DNA of 64,000 bases from the NCBI GenBank assembly GCA_905209085.1, contig CAJLRM010000001.1, positions 328,289-392,288 on the forward strand. Direction: 5' to 3'. Each line of letters begins with the position of its first letter. The stretch's first letter is position 1. Positions 8,874 to 17,643 of the stretch are shown piece by piece. Below the pieces are notes generated by a model that was given only the letters and a program-made list of their open reading frames with translations, was not told the origin of the DNA and did no database searches. Made by a program: the position numbers and the translations under genes. This DNA is from an uncultured Eubacteriales bacterium (GTDB taxonomy: Bacteria > Bacillota > Clostridia > Christensenellales > Borkfalkiaceae).

Positions 8874-10643
8874 TTACTTATACATATTTTCGTCGTTGCG
8901 CTTTGCGATTTCCACGGGATCGAACTTCATCTTGTGGTGTACGTCCATCAGTCCGTTGACTTCCTGTTTCACGTCCGTGAGCTGCGTATAGCAAAAGCCC
9001 GCGAACTCGCACGAAAATACGCCCCTATTTAAATTTTCATATCTTTTCAAAAAGCTTTCCACGCAGTTATCCACCGCGTATCCCCACTTTTCCCCGTCCT
9101 TTTCTTCGCCTAAATTCTTGACGCCGTTGAGCTTTAACGCCACCCCGCCGTACTCGGTCATGATCACGGGTTTGTCCGGGTCCAGCGTTTCTCCGAATCC
9201 CATCAGGCGGCGCGCCATCGGGAACAAGTCGTTGAGTTTGTCCTTCGCGTACTTTTCTCCCCATCCGTCGCCCACGGGCGCATAGTCGTGGATGCTGACG
9301 ATGTCCGTTTCCTCCACTTGTTCCCAGCCGTCGTTGGTGCTGACGAGGCGGGAGGAATCCATTGCCTTGGTGAGGTGGTACATGGTGCGGGCATACTCTT
9401 TCTGCCGCTCGTTCGTCAACAGCTTGCGCACCCCCCAGCTTTCGTTTAAGGGCACCCATACGATGACGGAGGGATGATTGTAGAGCTGTTTGACGAGTTC
9501 GATATACTGCGAAGTGTGCAGGCCGATCTCCCGCAGGTTATACTGATAGGCGCTGGGCATTTCCCCCCAGACGAGAAAGCCGAGCTTATCCGCATAGTAA
9601 TAATAATACGGATCCTCCACCTTTTGATGCTTCCGTCCCCCGTTAAAGCCCATTTTCTTGGCGAGGAGAATGTCCTCTTTCAGGCTTTCCGCGCTCGGCG
9701 GCGTCAAATCCGTTTCCTCCCAATAGCCTTGGTCGAGAACGAGCTTTTGATACAGGGGAATGTTATTGAGGAGGATCTTATCCTTTTCCGCGCTTATTTT
9801 GCGGAAGGCGAAATACGTGTCCACCTCGTCCACCGTTTCGCCGTTTAAGGTAAGTTCCATTTTCAGATCGTAAAGATTGGGACGCTCCACCGACCAGAAG
9901 TGGATCTCGTCGATGCTGTCCTCTTCCTTGATCCAGACGTTGATTCTTTCGTCCCGTTCGGACAGGGAACAATACTGCACCTTTACCCGCTGTCCCTGAT
10001 AGGAAACGGTGAGTTTCACGCCGTCGTAGCGCCCCTGCCCCTCGAAATCCACCGAAATGCAATTGGCGTCGATATTCGGAGTGATGAGGGCGGAGCGGAT
10101 ATGCCCCTCGCCTACTTTTTCCAGCCAGACGCTCTGCCAGATGCCCGAACTCGCCACGTACCAGCAGCGGCTCGGCTCCCTTTTCCAAAACTGCTTGCCG
10201 CGGGGCTGCGACGTGTCGTAACGATCGGTGACTTTTACGGTGAGCACGTTCTCGTCTTGAAGATAGTCTGTCACATCGAAAGAAAAATAGGTATAGCCGT
10301 TGACGTGCCCGCCGACATAGGTCCCGTTCAGCCAAACGTCCGCCTTATAATCGACGGCGTTGAAGCTCAGCAATACCCTGCCCCCCTTCAAAGCGTCCTC
10401 TAACGCAAACGTCCGCCTGTACCACATCACTTCGTGCTGCTCGTCCAGTCCCAGTCCGCTCGCCTTGCTCTGATAAGTAAACGGTACGTTTATCCGCATA
10501 TCGAACGGTTCTTCCCTTTCATAAAATTTTTCGGCTACGCCGCGTTCCTCGTCGTCGAAACAAAATCCCCAGCTTCCGTTGAGATTTTGCCAAAATTTTC
10601 TCTGAAATTGCGGTCTTGGATATTCCGTCCTGGTGAATGCCAT
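8874..10643 (-). CDS. Glycoside hydrolase family 2 enzyme (beta-galactosidase/beta-glucuronidase/mannosidase-like), cytoplasmic.
   Basis: 589 aa. The N-terminus EYPRPQFQRKFWQNLNGSWGF is the hallmark GH2 sugar-binding domain start. There is no signal peptide. Confidence 0.7.
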   Translation of the reverse strand: MAFTRTEYPRPQFQRKFWQNLNGSWGFCFDDEERGVAEKFYEREEPFDMRINVPFTYQSKASGLGLDEQHEVMWYRRTFALEDALKGGRVLLSFNAVDYKADVWLNGTYVGGHVNGYTYFSFDVTDYLQDENVLTVKVTDRYDTSQPRGKQFWKREPSRCWYVASSGIWQSVWLEKVGEGHIRSALITPNIDANCISVDFEGQGRYDGVKLTVSYQGQRVKVQYCSLSERDERINVWIKEEDSIDEIHFWSVERPNLYDLKMELTLNGETVDEVDTYFAFRKISAEKDKILLNNIPLYQKLVLDQGYWEETDLTPPSAESLKEDILLAKKMGFNGGRKHQKVEDPYYYYYADKLGFLVWGEMPSAYQYNLREIGLHTSQYIELVKQLYNHPSVIVWVPLNESWGVRKLLTNERQKEYARTMYHLTKAMDSSRLVSTNDGWEQVEETDIVSIHDYAPVGDGWGEKYAKDKLNDLFPMARRLMGFGETLDPDKPVIMTEYGGVALKLNGVKNLGEEKDGEKWGYAVDNCVESFLKRYENLNRGVFSCEFAGFCYTQLTDVKQEVNGLMDVHHKMKFDPVEIAKRNDENMYK

Positions 10644-10692
10644 AGTCTATAATCCTCTCTGAAATTTTCTTCATCTTTGCTTTTGCAACTTC

Positions 10693-10721
10693 AATATATC
10701 ATTAAAAAAAGAAAGTGTAAA
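10693..10721 (-). promoter_or_regulatory. Putative sigma70-type promoter for the GH2 gene: TTTACA, 17-nt spacer, TATATT on the minus strand.
   Basis: The -35 lies at 10716..10721 and the -10 at 10693..10698. The start codon at 10643 is preceded by GAGAGGA. Confidence 0.35.
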
Positions 10722-10793
10722 TACATAGTCAGAAAATATTTTTATAATCTACCCCCATTTTAGTAAAATCTTGAATATCCCCCCTTGTCCTCC

Positions 10794-10821
10794 TTGACAT
10801 CTATTTTTTTTATGGTATAAT
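10794..10821 (+). promoter_or_regulatory. Near-consensus sigma70 promoter: TTGACA, 16-nt spacer, TATAAT, driving the ArsR-like gene.
   Basis: TTGACA lies at 10794..10799 and TATAAT at 10816..10821. The RBS AGAGGTG sits 7 nt before the ATG at 10842. Confidence 0.55.
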
Positions 10822-10841
10822 AAGAAAAAAGAGGTGAAATC

Positions 10842-11759
10842 ATGCTGAAAATTATACAGCTTACCTTAAAAGAAGAAAATTCTCTTTTGGAGATCGCGCG
10901 CGCCATCTCCTCTCCCAATCGGCTGGAAATCATCAAATCCTTGAATGTGAAGAGCATGAATATCAAGGAGTTAAGCGAACTTTTGAATCAGCCTATTTCT
11001 TCCACCTCCCTCAACGTGGATATTTTAGAAAGCTGCGGACTCATCAAGACGGAAATGCAGTTTTCGCAGCTCGGGCGTTCCCGCCTGTGCTCCCGCTGCT
11101 GCGACGGCATTTCGGTAGATCTGCAAAACGACGATACGGTGCGGGCGGACGAGATAAAAATTTCTCTCCCAATCGGTTCGTATTTCGACTGTCACGTTCG
11201 TCCCGATTGCGGGATTGCAACGGTCACGGGCAATCTCGGCGTAGATACGGAGAATAATTGTTTTTTCAAGCCCGAGCGTTACAAAGCGGAGCTTATCTGG
11301 TTCAGCAGTGGATATCTCGAATACCGAATCGCAAAAAACGAGATCCCGCCCAATGCGAAAAAAATGGAAATTTCTTTCGAAGCCTGTTCGGAAGCGCCCT
11401 TTTACCGCAATGATTTTAAGTCGGACATTACCCTTTGGGTCAACGATATAGAAATCGGCACTTATACTAGCCCCGGAGATTTCGGGGACAGGCGGGGTAG
11501 GCTGAATCCCGAATGGTGGCCCGATTCCATGACGCAATACGGTGTATTGGTCACCTGGAAAATCAACGATAAAGGCTGTATGCTGGGCGCGAACGAAATT
11601 AATTCCAAAACGTTCGCGGACATAAGGCAAAACGAAAAGGATTACCTTTCTATTAAAATCGGCATCAAAGATAATGCCAAATACAAGGGCGGGATCAATT
11701 TATTCGGAAAGAAATTCGGAGATCACAATCAGGATATTGCGGTAAAATTCAGTTGGTAG
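10842..11759 (+). CDS. ArsR/SmtB-family HTH transcriptional regulator with a ~200-aa C-terminal domain of unknown function.
   Basis: 305 aa. The N-terminus LEIARAISSPNRLEIIKSLNVKSMNIKELSELLNQPISSTSLNVDILESCGLIK is an ArsR-type winged helix. The C-terminal beta-rich domain is unrecognised. It is the first gene of the low-GC island and is convergent with the rhs array. Confidence 0.6.
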   Translation: MLKIIQLTLKEENSLLEIARAISSPNRLEIIKSLNVKSMNIKELSELLNQPISSTSLNVDILESCGLIKTEMQFSQLGRSRLCSRCCDGISVDLQNDDTVRADEIKISLPIGSYFDCHVRPDCGIATVTGNLGVDTENNCFFKPERYKAELIWFSSGYLEYRIAKNEIPPNAKKMEISFEACSEAPFYRNDFKSDITLWVNDIEIGTYTSPGDFGDRRGRLNPEWWPDSMTQYGVLVTWKINDKGCMLGANEINSKTFADIRQNEKDYLSIKIGIKDNAKYKGGINLFGKKFGDHNQDIAVKFSW

Positions 11760-11834
11760 AGAACAGAAACGAAGGGATGGCGCTTTTGGGAAAGAGAGGA
11801 GCGCCGGAATTTAATAAAAGAAAAATATCGCGGC

Positions 11835-11868
11835 AAAAAAGAGACTGAATTCAGCCTCTTTTTTATTT
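11835..11868 (+). terminator. Rho-independent terminator of the ArsR-like gene.
   Basis: An imperfect palindrome GAGACTGAATTCAGCCTC is followed by TTTTTATTTCT. Confidence 0.5.
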
Positions 11869-11879
11869 CTATCCCTCTT

Positions 11880-12250
11880 AATTTTAGCTGTCGTAGCGGT
11901 ACGTCGCTATATTTCCGTATTTCGTCAGTGCTCTTCCCCGCTTCCATTCCAATACGTTTCCACGGTATTCTCCCGGGTTTCCCAATGCGTCGTAGCTGCC
12001 CGCGATACTCACTTCCCGACTCGTATTGTTCACCATGTCGTATTCCGTGATACTCACAAGACGGTTTTTGTTCCCGCTTGCATAATGGTAACTCTCCTTC
12101 TTCTCCTACGTCTTCGAACTATTTGCCTGCGTATACACGTCACCAAGGTTTCCGTCCGCGTCGTAGCTGTAATAGTGATTCTTCCCGATAAACCCGTTTT
12201 CTTCCGACACCAAACGATTGATATCGTCATAGTTGTATGTTACGCTCTTA
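11880..12250 (-). pseudogene. Isolated remnant of the Rhs core. It duplicates the segment encoding ...YTQANSSKTWEKKESYHYASGNKNRLVSITEYDMVNN... and has no start or C-terminus.
   Basis: ~90% nucleotide identity to 17215..17458 and 21765..22130 of the main rhs gene. The antisense ORF 12085..12279 mirrors the antisense ORF 21425..22204. Homology stops abruptly at both ends. Confidence 0.6.
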
Positions 12251-12252
12251 TA

Positions 12253-12296
12253 AAAAACAGAAACGACAGTTATTACTGACGTTTCTGTTTTTATTA
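12253..12296. terminator. Bidirectional intrinsic terminator closing the orphan array.
   Basis: AAAACAGAAACG-(14 nt)-CGTTTCTGTTTT, a perfect 12-bp stem flanked by A- and T-runs. Confidence 0.5.
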
Positions 12297-12332
12297 ATTT
12301 ATTTTCTCTGAATCTATATAAATTAATTTTAT

Positions 12333-12803
12333 TTATTTCTTTTCAATAAAATATAAATCAAGTTCTTTTAACCAATCTTGAATAGTTTTGTTAGTTAGTT
12401 CTCCTAAAAACAATGATTCATAAATGTCCTTTTCCCAATTATTATAAGTAACTTGACATAATACTTTTTTTTCTTTGCGATAAATTAATACAGCAATATG
12501 GTTATTCGAAAACACTAAATAATCAGAAAACCTATTTAAATCAAAGTTTTCAATATCTTTTAACATTTGACATTGATATTTATAATATTCTTTACCAATA
12601 TCAAGAAAATTTGTTTCTTTTATATTACAAATATGATATTTTAAATTATATCCTATTTCATAACGAAACGAATCTTGTTGTATAAAGTAATTATGATTTT
12701 TTATTATAATATTTAATCTTACATCATCTTCCGTAAAAAGATTATCAAAGGCCTTTTGAATCGTAAAATAAACATTTTGGGTCAATTTTAAAGATATCTT
12801 CAT
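12333..12803 (-). CDS. Putative immunity protein for the orphan toxin 12807..13982.
   Basis: 156 aa, low GC. It starts 3 nt after the toxin stop, has no signal peptide and no recognised domain. Position and size fit a polymorphic-toxin immunity gene. Confidence 0.5.
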   Translation of the reverse strand: MKISLKLTQNVYFTIQKAFDNLFTEDDVRLNIIIKNHNYFIQQDSFRYEIGYNLKYHICNIKETNFLDIGKEYYKYQCQMLKDIENFDLNRFSDYLVFSNNHIAVLIYRKEKKVLCQVTYNNWEKDIYESLFLGELTNKTIQDWLKELDLYFIEKK

Positions 12804-12806
12804 ATT

Positions 12807-13982
12807 TTACTTCCTAAATCTAAAATACTTTCTCGCGATATTTTTCATTTTCTCGGTCAAATCAGAAAATTTCCTAACATGACCATGATAAAGTGAAACT
12901 TCTTTTCCATCAATTATTTTAATCTGTGTTCTATCTAAAACTACTAATTGATCATTAGAAAAACCGACTCTTCTTGGAGAATCCGATGAAATTAAATAGG
13001 AATTATCCAAAGCAGCTTGCCCATCAATTGGCTTTGGACTTTTAACACTATTTCCTGTCGAAGTATGATATGGGGCATCTTCATACACGCCATGTTCATA
13101 AGTATAACAATTTTTATTATGAACGCAAACACCTGTTCCGACATAATAGGTATGGAAATCTTCTACTTCAAAGTTATACGTCGTCTGCGCATTATCGTAA
13201 TGCTTGCTTTTTACGCTTTCTATTATACCATATCTTCCGTCCCAAAGTAATACTTTATCTCCTTCTTTTAGTTCTTCCGCACTCCTCCATTCCTTCTTTT
13301 CGGGCAAATAATACTTATGTCCACTAGTACTTTCGATCTCTTCTCCGTTCACTTTCACGATTGTCCATTCTTTACTTTCGTTTCGGAAGAGTCTTACTAC
13401 TTCTTTATACGCCTGTTTCCCCGTTTCTTCGTCGTATGCGAGTACTTTATCTCCGACTTCTACCTCCTCGATATTCTTGTACCCGTCCTCCGTCTTTACT
13501 TTTGTTCCCGCTATAAAACATTTTCCTGGATTACATTCCCCGCCTTGGCTGTTCGGGAGTTTTTCTCCTGTCACCCTGTTCTGCGCCGACGTCCGCAGCG
13601 CTTTCTTCCCCGCTACCTTCAATGTCGCCTGCAACGCCTTGAACGCCTGCAATACCGCGATTGCCGACAACACCACGTCCACGACCGCAATCACCACAAA
13701 TAGCAGATTTAGCCAGCTTGGCTCCTTGATAAACGCACGCACCGCCTCTATCAGTCCGTATACCGCCAATCCTAAAAACACTAACGACACTACCAGCCCG
13801 ATAATCGCGCCGATTAAGTGCCCGCTCGGGTCCGCATGATTTACGGGATTATTCAGACAGTAGCTGTATAGATTCTGTCCCCCAATCGTCGTCAGGTATT
13901 CGCCTGATACTACCCCTACATTATCCGCATTGATAAAACGTCTTATCTCCGCGTCATAGTATCGACTCTGCAAATAATACAA
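12807..13982 (-). CDS. Orphan Rhs C-terminal cassette: Rhs core end (DPxGL), TM helix pair, Hint domain, then a ~100-aa toxin (possible HNH/EndoVII-fold nuclease).
   Basis: 391 aa. NPVNHADPSGHL is followed by IGAIIGLVVSLVFLGLAVYGL...VIAVVDVVLSAIAV. The Hint domain runs CFIAGTKVKTEDGYKNIEEVEVGDKVLAYDEETGKQAYKEV ... EDFHTYYVGTGVCVHNKNC. The toxin contains SLYHGHVRKF. The first codon is TTG (Leu in the main gene). In-frame Rhs-core homology continues up to ~14093 with no ATG or RBS. Confidence 0.7.
   Translation of the reverse strand: MYYLQSRYYDAEIRRFINADNVGVVSGEYLTTIGGQNLYSYCLNNPVNHADPSGHLIGAIIGLVVSLVFLGLAVYGLIEAVRAFIKEPSWLNLLFVVIAVVDVVLSAIAVLQAFKALQATLKVAGKKALRTSAQNRVTGEKLPNSQGGECNPGKCFIAGTKVKTEDGYKNIEEVEVGDKVLAYDEETGKQAYKEVVRLFRNESKEWTIVKVNGEEIESTSGHKYYLPEKKEWRSAEELKEGDKVLLWDGRYGIIESVKSKHYDNAQTTYNFEVEDFHTYYVGTGVCVHNKNCYTYEHGVYEDAPYHTSTGNSVKSPKPIDGQAALDNSYLISSDSPRRVGFSNDQLVVLDRTQIKIIDGKEVSLYHGHVRKFSDLTEKMKNIARKYFRFRK
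13385..13735. repeat. Copy 1 of a ~350-bp direct repeat encoding the TM-helix pair plus the Hint N-half.
   Basis: Near-identical to 15180..15530 and 19705..20060. The antisense ORFs 13317..13703, 15115..15501 and 19582..20001 share ...YYFFIRLFPRFFVVCEYFISDFYLLDILVPVLRLYFCSRYK.... Confidence 0.6.
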
Positions 13983-14190
13983 CTTCGTGTCTTCGTCGTA
14001 ATAATAGCCCTTATACCGGAACGGATTGACCCGACCTATATGACTATTATATAACTCTTTCTCCGTGATGTCAATACCCTCTTCGTTATATACAATAATA
14101 AATAAAAGTGTTGCAATATCATAAATATCACAACACTTTTACTTATTAAGTTTTCATTATATGATTTAATTATATTACTGAAGTGTTATT

Positions 14191-14589
14191 TTAATCTTTA
14201 ATTTCACTTAACTCAAAATCTACTGCACTTATCTCTAGAATATTATCTCTTAAGTCAACAATAAAATGTCTAGACTCTTTCATAAAGGATGCATCTTCAT
14301 CATTTTCTTTAAGTGCTTTTTTAAGTTGCATAATCCATTCTGAATTTTCCACCTCAAGAATATGCCTTTGATATATTCCCAACTCAAAGCTTTCTCTAAT
14401 AAGCAAAATATCTTTGTCAAAACAATCAGCCGTTGTTATTTTGAGTGCTTGATATGGTTTGAATACCATTCTATACCGATTTTCATTAACATCATCTAAC
14501 TCTATAACTATCACATTTTCCTCAATCGATATGTGTTCTAAAGGTACATTATTAATTATAAAAGATTTATTAATTATTTTTGCTTTCAT
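14191..14589 (-). CDS. Putative immunity protein for the orphan toxin 14593..15495.
   Basis: 132 aa, acidic, low GC. It starts 3 nt after the toxin stop. Confidence 0.5.
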   Translation of the reverse strand: MKAKIINKSFIINNVPLEHISIEENVIVIELDDVNENRYRMVFKPYQALKITTADCFDKDILLIRESFELGIYQRHILEVENSEWIMQLKKALKENDEDASFMKESRHFIVDLRDNILEISAVDFELSEIKD

Positions 14590-14592
14590 TTT

Positions 14593-15495
14593 TTACCTCA
14601 ATCTTATAGATCTTCCACCATTTATAGTTGTAAACTTCCAAGCCAGTTCTCGTACAATATTGGGTGCTGAAGGGTTTACCCACCTAACATTTATTTGACT
14701 CATACCAGCTTGCTTAAAAGCATAGAGCCTACGATTATCTAGAGTAAAAATTTTTCCGTCCTGTTCAAATACTCTTATAGCGGGAACATCATCTGCTGTA
14801 ATAGAACCATTTTTCAATCCAGTTATCATATCATCCACCGAACGTCCATCACTAAATTTGCGACCGATACTATCTTGTGTGTAATAAATATCATTTGGAT
14901 CAAGTTGGCAAGTATTATGAACCAATACGTCATTTTCGGTGACATAGTAAGTATGGAAGTCTTTTACTTCAAAGTTGTACTTCGTTTCCGCCTTTGCCAG
15001 CTCTTCTTTCTCTATCTTCTCTATCTTTACCTGGCTTCCGTCCGAAAGCGTCAATTTATCTTCTTCCGTTAAATCTTTCGCTTCTACGAATCCTTTTCCC
15101 TCTACATAAAACCGATGCCCTCCCGTACATACGATCTCTTCCCCTTCCACAAATACATGATACCATTCGTCCGTTTTTCCTCGGAAGAGCCTTATTACTT
15201 CTTTATACGCCTGTTTCCCCGTTTCTTCGTCGTATGCGAGTACTTTATCTCCGACTTCTACCTCCTCGATATTCTTGTACCCGTCCTCCGTCTTTACTTT
15301 TGTTCCCGCTATAAAACATTTTCCTGGATTACATTCCCCGCCTTGGCTGTTCGGGAGTTTTTCTCCTGTCACCCTGTTCTGCGCCGACGTCCGCAGCGCT
15401 TTCTTCCCCGCTACCTTCAATGTCGCCTGCAACGCCTTGAACGCCTGCAATACCGCGATTGCCGACAACACCACGTCCACTACCGCGATCACCAC
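14593..15495 (-). CDS. Orphan toxin cassette: TM helix, Hint domain, then a ~105-aa C-terminal toxin of unknown family.
   Basis: 300 aa. Begins MVIAVVDVVLSAIAVLQAFKALQATLKVAGKK with a GTG first codon and no SD. The Hint domain runs CFIAGTKV...DFHTYYVTENDVLVHNTC. The toxin is QLDPNDIYYTQDSIGRKFSDGRSVDDMITGL...FTLDNRRLYAFKQAG. Rhs-frame homology (GLIKAYRAFIKEPSWLNLLF) continues upstream to an in-frame stop at ~15559. Confidence 0.65.
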   Translation of the reverse strand: MVIAVVDVVLSAIAVLQAFKALQATLKVAGKKALRTSAQNRVTGEKLPNSQGGECNPGKCFIAGTKVKTEDGYKNIEEVEVGDKVLAYDEETGKQAYKEVIRLFRGKTDEWYHVFVEGEEIVCTGGHRFYVEGKGFVEAKDLTEEDKLTLSDGSQVKIEKIEKEELAKAETKYNFEVKDFHTYYVTENDVLVHNTCQLDPNDIYYTQDSIGRKFSDGRSVDDMITGLKNGSITADDVPAIRVFEQDGKIFTLDNRRLYAFKQAGMSQINVRWVNPSAPNIVRELAWKFTTINGGRSIRLR

Positions 15496-15530
15496 AAATA
15501 GCAGATTTAGCCAGCTCGGCTCCTTGATAA
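15180..15530. repeat. Copy 2 of the TM/Hint-N direct repeat.
   Basis: See 13385..13735. Confidence 0.6.
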
Positions 15531-15595
15531 ACGCCCTGTAAGCTTTAATTAGCCCAACTTAAAGACTAAATTTAAATTTTTCATTCAAATCAGCC

Positions 15596-15636
15596 AAATC
15601 AAGCGCTGTCATTTCTATTTGACAGCGCTTGATTTT
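15596..15636. terminator. Perfect 14-bp hairpin inside a conserved ~110-bp inter-cassette element (copy 1).
   Basis: ATCAAGCGCTGTCA-TTTCTATTT-TGACAGCGCTTGAT with flanking A/T runs. The whole 15541..15650 element is ~95% identical to 20070..20181. Confidence 0.5.
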
Positions 15637-15650
15637 AAACTCATTCCTCT

Positions 15651-16025
15651 TCAATCAAGATCTTTACAATAGTGGTCATTTAAATCAACAATAGCGCTAC
15701 CCACTTCATTGATTCTGTCCCAAACATTTTCATTCCTTTTTCTCTCCAATAAAGAAAGACATGGCCAACTATCTATAACTAAAGAAAGTGAACTTAACCT
15801 TCTTCTATCTCTTTTTTGTGGAAAATTATCTTCACTTATTTGATTTAACAACTTATTCATTTCAGGAAGCATAAAGTCTTTCACTTCCTTAATTAAGGAA
15901 TTAATATTCCATATTTCTATTGTTTTTTTTGTATGTTTATCAAGTGAATTAAAATAACTTAAAAGTCTTTCTAATTTATTCTTTGTATCAATAACTGCAT
16001 CTTGAAAATTTTGTAATGTATACAT
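15651..16025 (-). CDS. Immunity protein, diverged paralog of 20182..20562, cognate to the orphan toxin 16055..17446.
   Basis: 124 aa. The C-terminal ~30 aa (WPCLSLLERKRNENVWDRINEVGSAIVDLNDHYCKDLD) is almost identical to the C-terminus of the main immunity protein, whereas the N-terminal 90 aa are only ~45% identical. Confidence 0.6.
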   Translation of the reverse strand: MYTLQNFQDAVIDTKNKLERLLSYFNSLDKHTKKTIEIWNINSLIKEVKDFMLPEMNKLLNQISEDNFPQKRDRRRLSSLSLVIDSWPCLSLLERKRNENVWDRINEVGSAIVDLNDHYCKDLD

Positions 16026-16054
16026 CTCCTATCCTCCATCAAAATAATTTTTAT

Positions 16055-17446
16055 TTATAATAACGACTCTAAATTCCAAATATAGAATTGATAGCCACCC
16101 CCTATTTGTCCATTTAAAGGTACTACTTTTCCCTCTATTAACAATGTCCCCTTCTTCAATATAAATTGTGTCATATGCTCAGCCGAATTTGTCGTTGTGT
16201 CCAAAGCCAATGCAGAAATAGGATTACTATATTGATATGGAGTTATCCAATATCCTTTTGGATTGCTTCCACTATAATATCGATAAACTATTATATCTCT
16301 TTTTGCTATGCTTACTGTCGCGTCATCACCAAATCCTTTTAATACTTGTTCATGATACTGTTTTGGCACATATTTGTCAAGATATTCTTGAACAGACATA
16401 TTCACTTTTTGTGTAGAAGAAGTTTTAATAAACTTTTTAGCTTTCGTCACTTTTACAGCAGCCAATAAACCTTTAAAGGCTTTCCATACTGCTATCAATG
16501 ACAAAGCCACGTCTACTACTGCTATTACCAAAAATAGCAAATTCAACCAACTTGGTTCTTTCCAAAACGCTTGACCCGCTTTTATCAGTCCGTATACCGC
16601 CAATCCTAAAAACACTAACGACACTACCAGACCGACAATCGCGCCGATTAAATGCCCGCTCGGGTCCGCATGATTTACGGGATTATTCAGACAGTAGCTA
16701 TATAGATTCTGTCCCCCGAGCGTCGTCAGGTATTCGCCTGATACTACCCCTACGTTATCCGCATTGATAAAACGTCTTATCTCCGCGTCATAGTATCGAC
16801 TCTGCAAGTAGTACAACTTCGTGTCTTCGTCGTAATAATAGCCCTTATATCGGAACGGATTGACCCGACCTATATGACTATTATACATCGTATTCTCTGT
16901 AATGTCAATACCCTCTTCGTTATAGACCCGGCATTTTCCCCACGCGTCGTATTCATATCTCGCCGCGATGCTTCCGTCTTCCTTACATACTCTTACGATA
17001 TTCCCGCTCGTTCCGTATTGGTAATAGTATCTCCCGCTTTCGCTCGTCAGTCCGATGACCTTCTCTCCCGCGTACAGATAGCGATAGTACTTCGTTTCGC
17101 TTCCCTTCGTGATCCGCTCTCCGACTATCTTCCCGCCTACCGTATAATACTGATGCGTCCGTCCGCCTTCCTGCTTCTCCACTCGGATATTATTGCTGTC
17201 GTATCTGTACGTCGCTATGTTCCCGTACTTCGTCAGCACCCTTCCTCTCTTCCATTCCAATACGTTCCCACGGTATTCCCCAGGGTTTCCCAATGCGTCG
17301 TAGCTGCCCGCAATACTCACTTCTCGACTCGTATTGTTCACCATGTCGTATTCCGTGATACTCACAAGACGATTCTTGTTCCCGCTTGCGTAATGATAGC
17401 TTTCCTTCTTCTCCCACGTCTTCGAACTATTTGCCTGCGTATACAC
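16055..17446 (-). CDS. Orphan Rhs core end plus C-terminal toxin. It is a diverged allele of the toxin on the main rhs gene, with DPxGL, a TM pair, then a ~150-aa toxin.
   Basis: 463 aa. From the first codon GTG (Val in the main gene) through ...NPVNHADPSGHLIGAIVGLVVSLVFLGL..KFIKTSSTQKV it is >95% nucleotide-identical to the main gene. The last ~100 codons are only ~70% identical. There is no ATG or RBS. Rhs-frame homology ends 7 codons upstream of the GTG. Confidence 0.7.
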   Translation of the reverse strand: MYTQANSSKTWEKKESYHYASGNKNRLVSITEYDMVNNTSREVSIAGSYDALGNPGEYRGNVLEWKRGRVLTKYGNIATYRYDSNNIRVEKQEGGRTHQYYTVGGKIVGERITKGSETKYYRYLYAGEKVIGLTSESGRYYYQYGTSGNIVRVCKEDGSIAARYEYDAWGKCRVYNEEGIDITENTMYNSHIGRVNPFRYKGYYYDEDTKLYYLQSRYYDAEIRRFINADNVGVVSGEYLTTLGGQNLYSYCLNNPVNHADPSGHLIGAIVGLVVSLVFLGLAVYGLIKAGQAFWKEPSWLNLLFLVIAVVDVALSLIAVWKAFKGLLAAVKVTKAKKFIKTSSTQKVNMSVQEYLDKYVPKQYHEQVLKGFGDDATVSIAKRDIIVYRYYSGSNPKGYWITPYQYSNPISALALDTTTNSAEHMTQFILKKGTLLIEGKVVPLNGQIGGGYQFYIWNLESLL

Positions 17447-17458
17447 GTCCCCAAGGTT
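16300..17458. repeat. ~1.15-kb direct repeat of the Rhs core 3' end (copy in the orphan).
   Basis: >95% identical to 20850..22010. The antisense ORFs 16874..17527 and 21425..22204 are identical for 175 aa. Confidence 0.65.
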
Positions 17459-17506
17459 TCCGTCCGTGTCAATGAATCATATATTAAAAAATGTCACATA
17501 AAAAAT

Positions 17507-17543
17507 AAAAACAGGCTTGTAATATAATTTCAAGCCTGTTTTT
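17507..17543. terminator. Bidirectional intrinsic terminator.
   Basis: AAAAACAGGCTTG-TAATATAATTT-CAAGCCTGTTTTT, a perfect 13-bp stem with T-runs on both strands. It sits between the immunity gene 17644..18144 and the next orphan. Confidence 0.55.
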
Positions 17544-17643
17544 ATGTAAATATTACAAAAATCGCCTTTTATCCAATTTACGCAATAGCCATTTTTATTA
17601 CAAAGAACGCTTTATAATATACTTTACAATAAACAAAAATACT

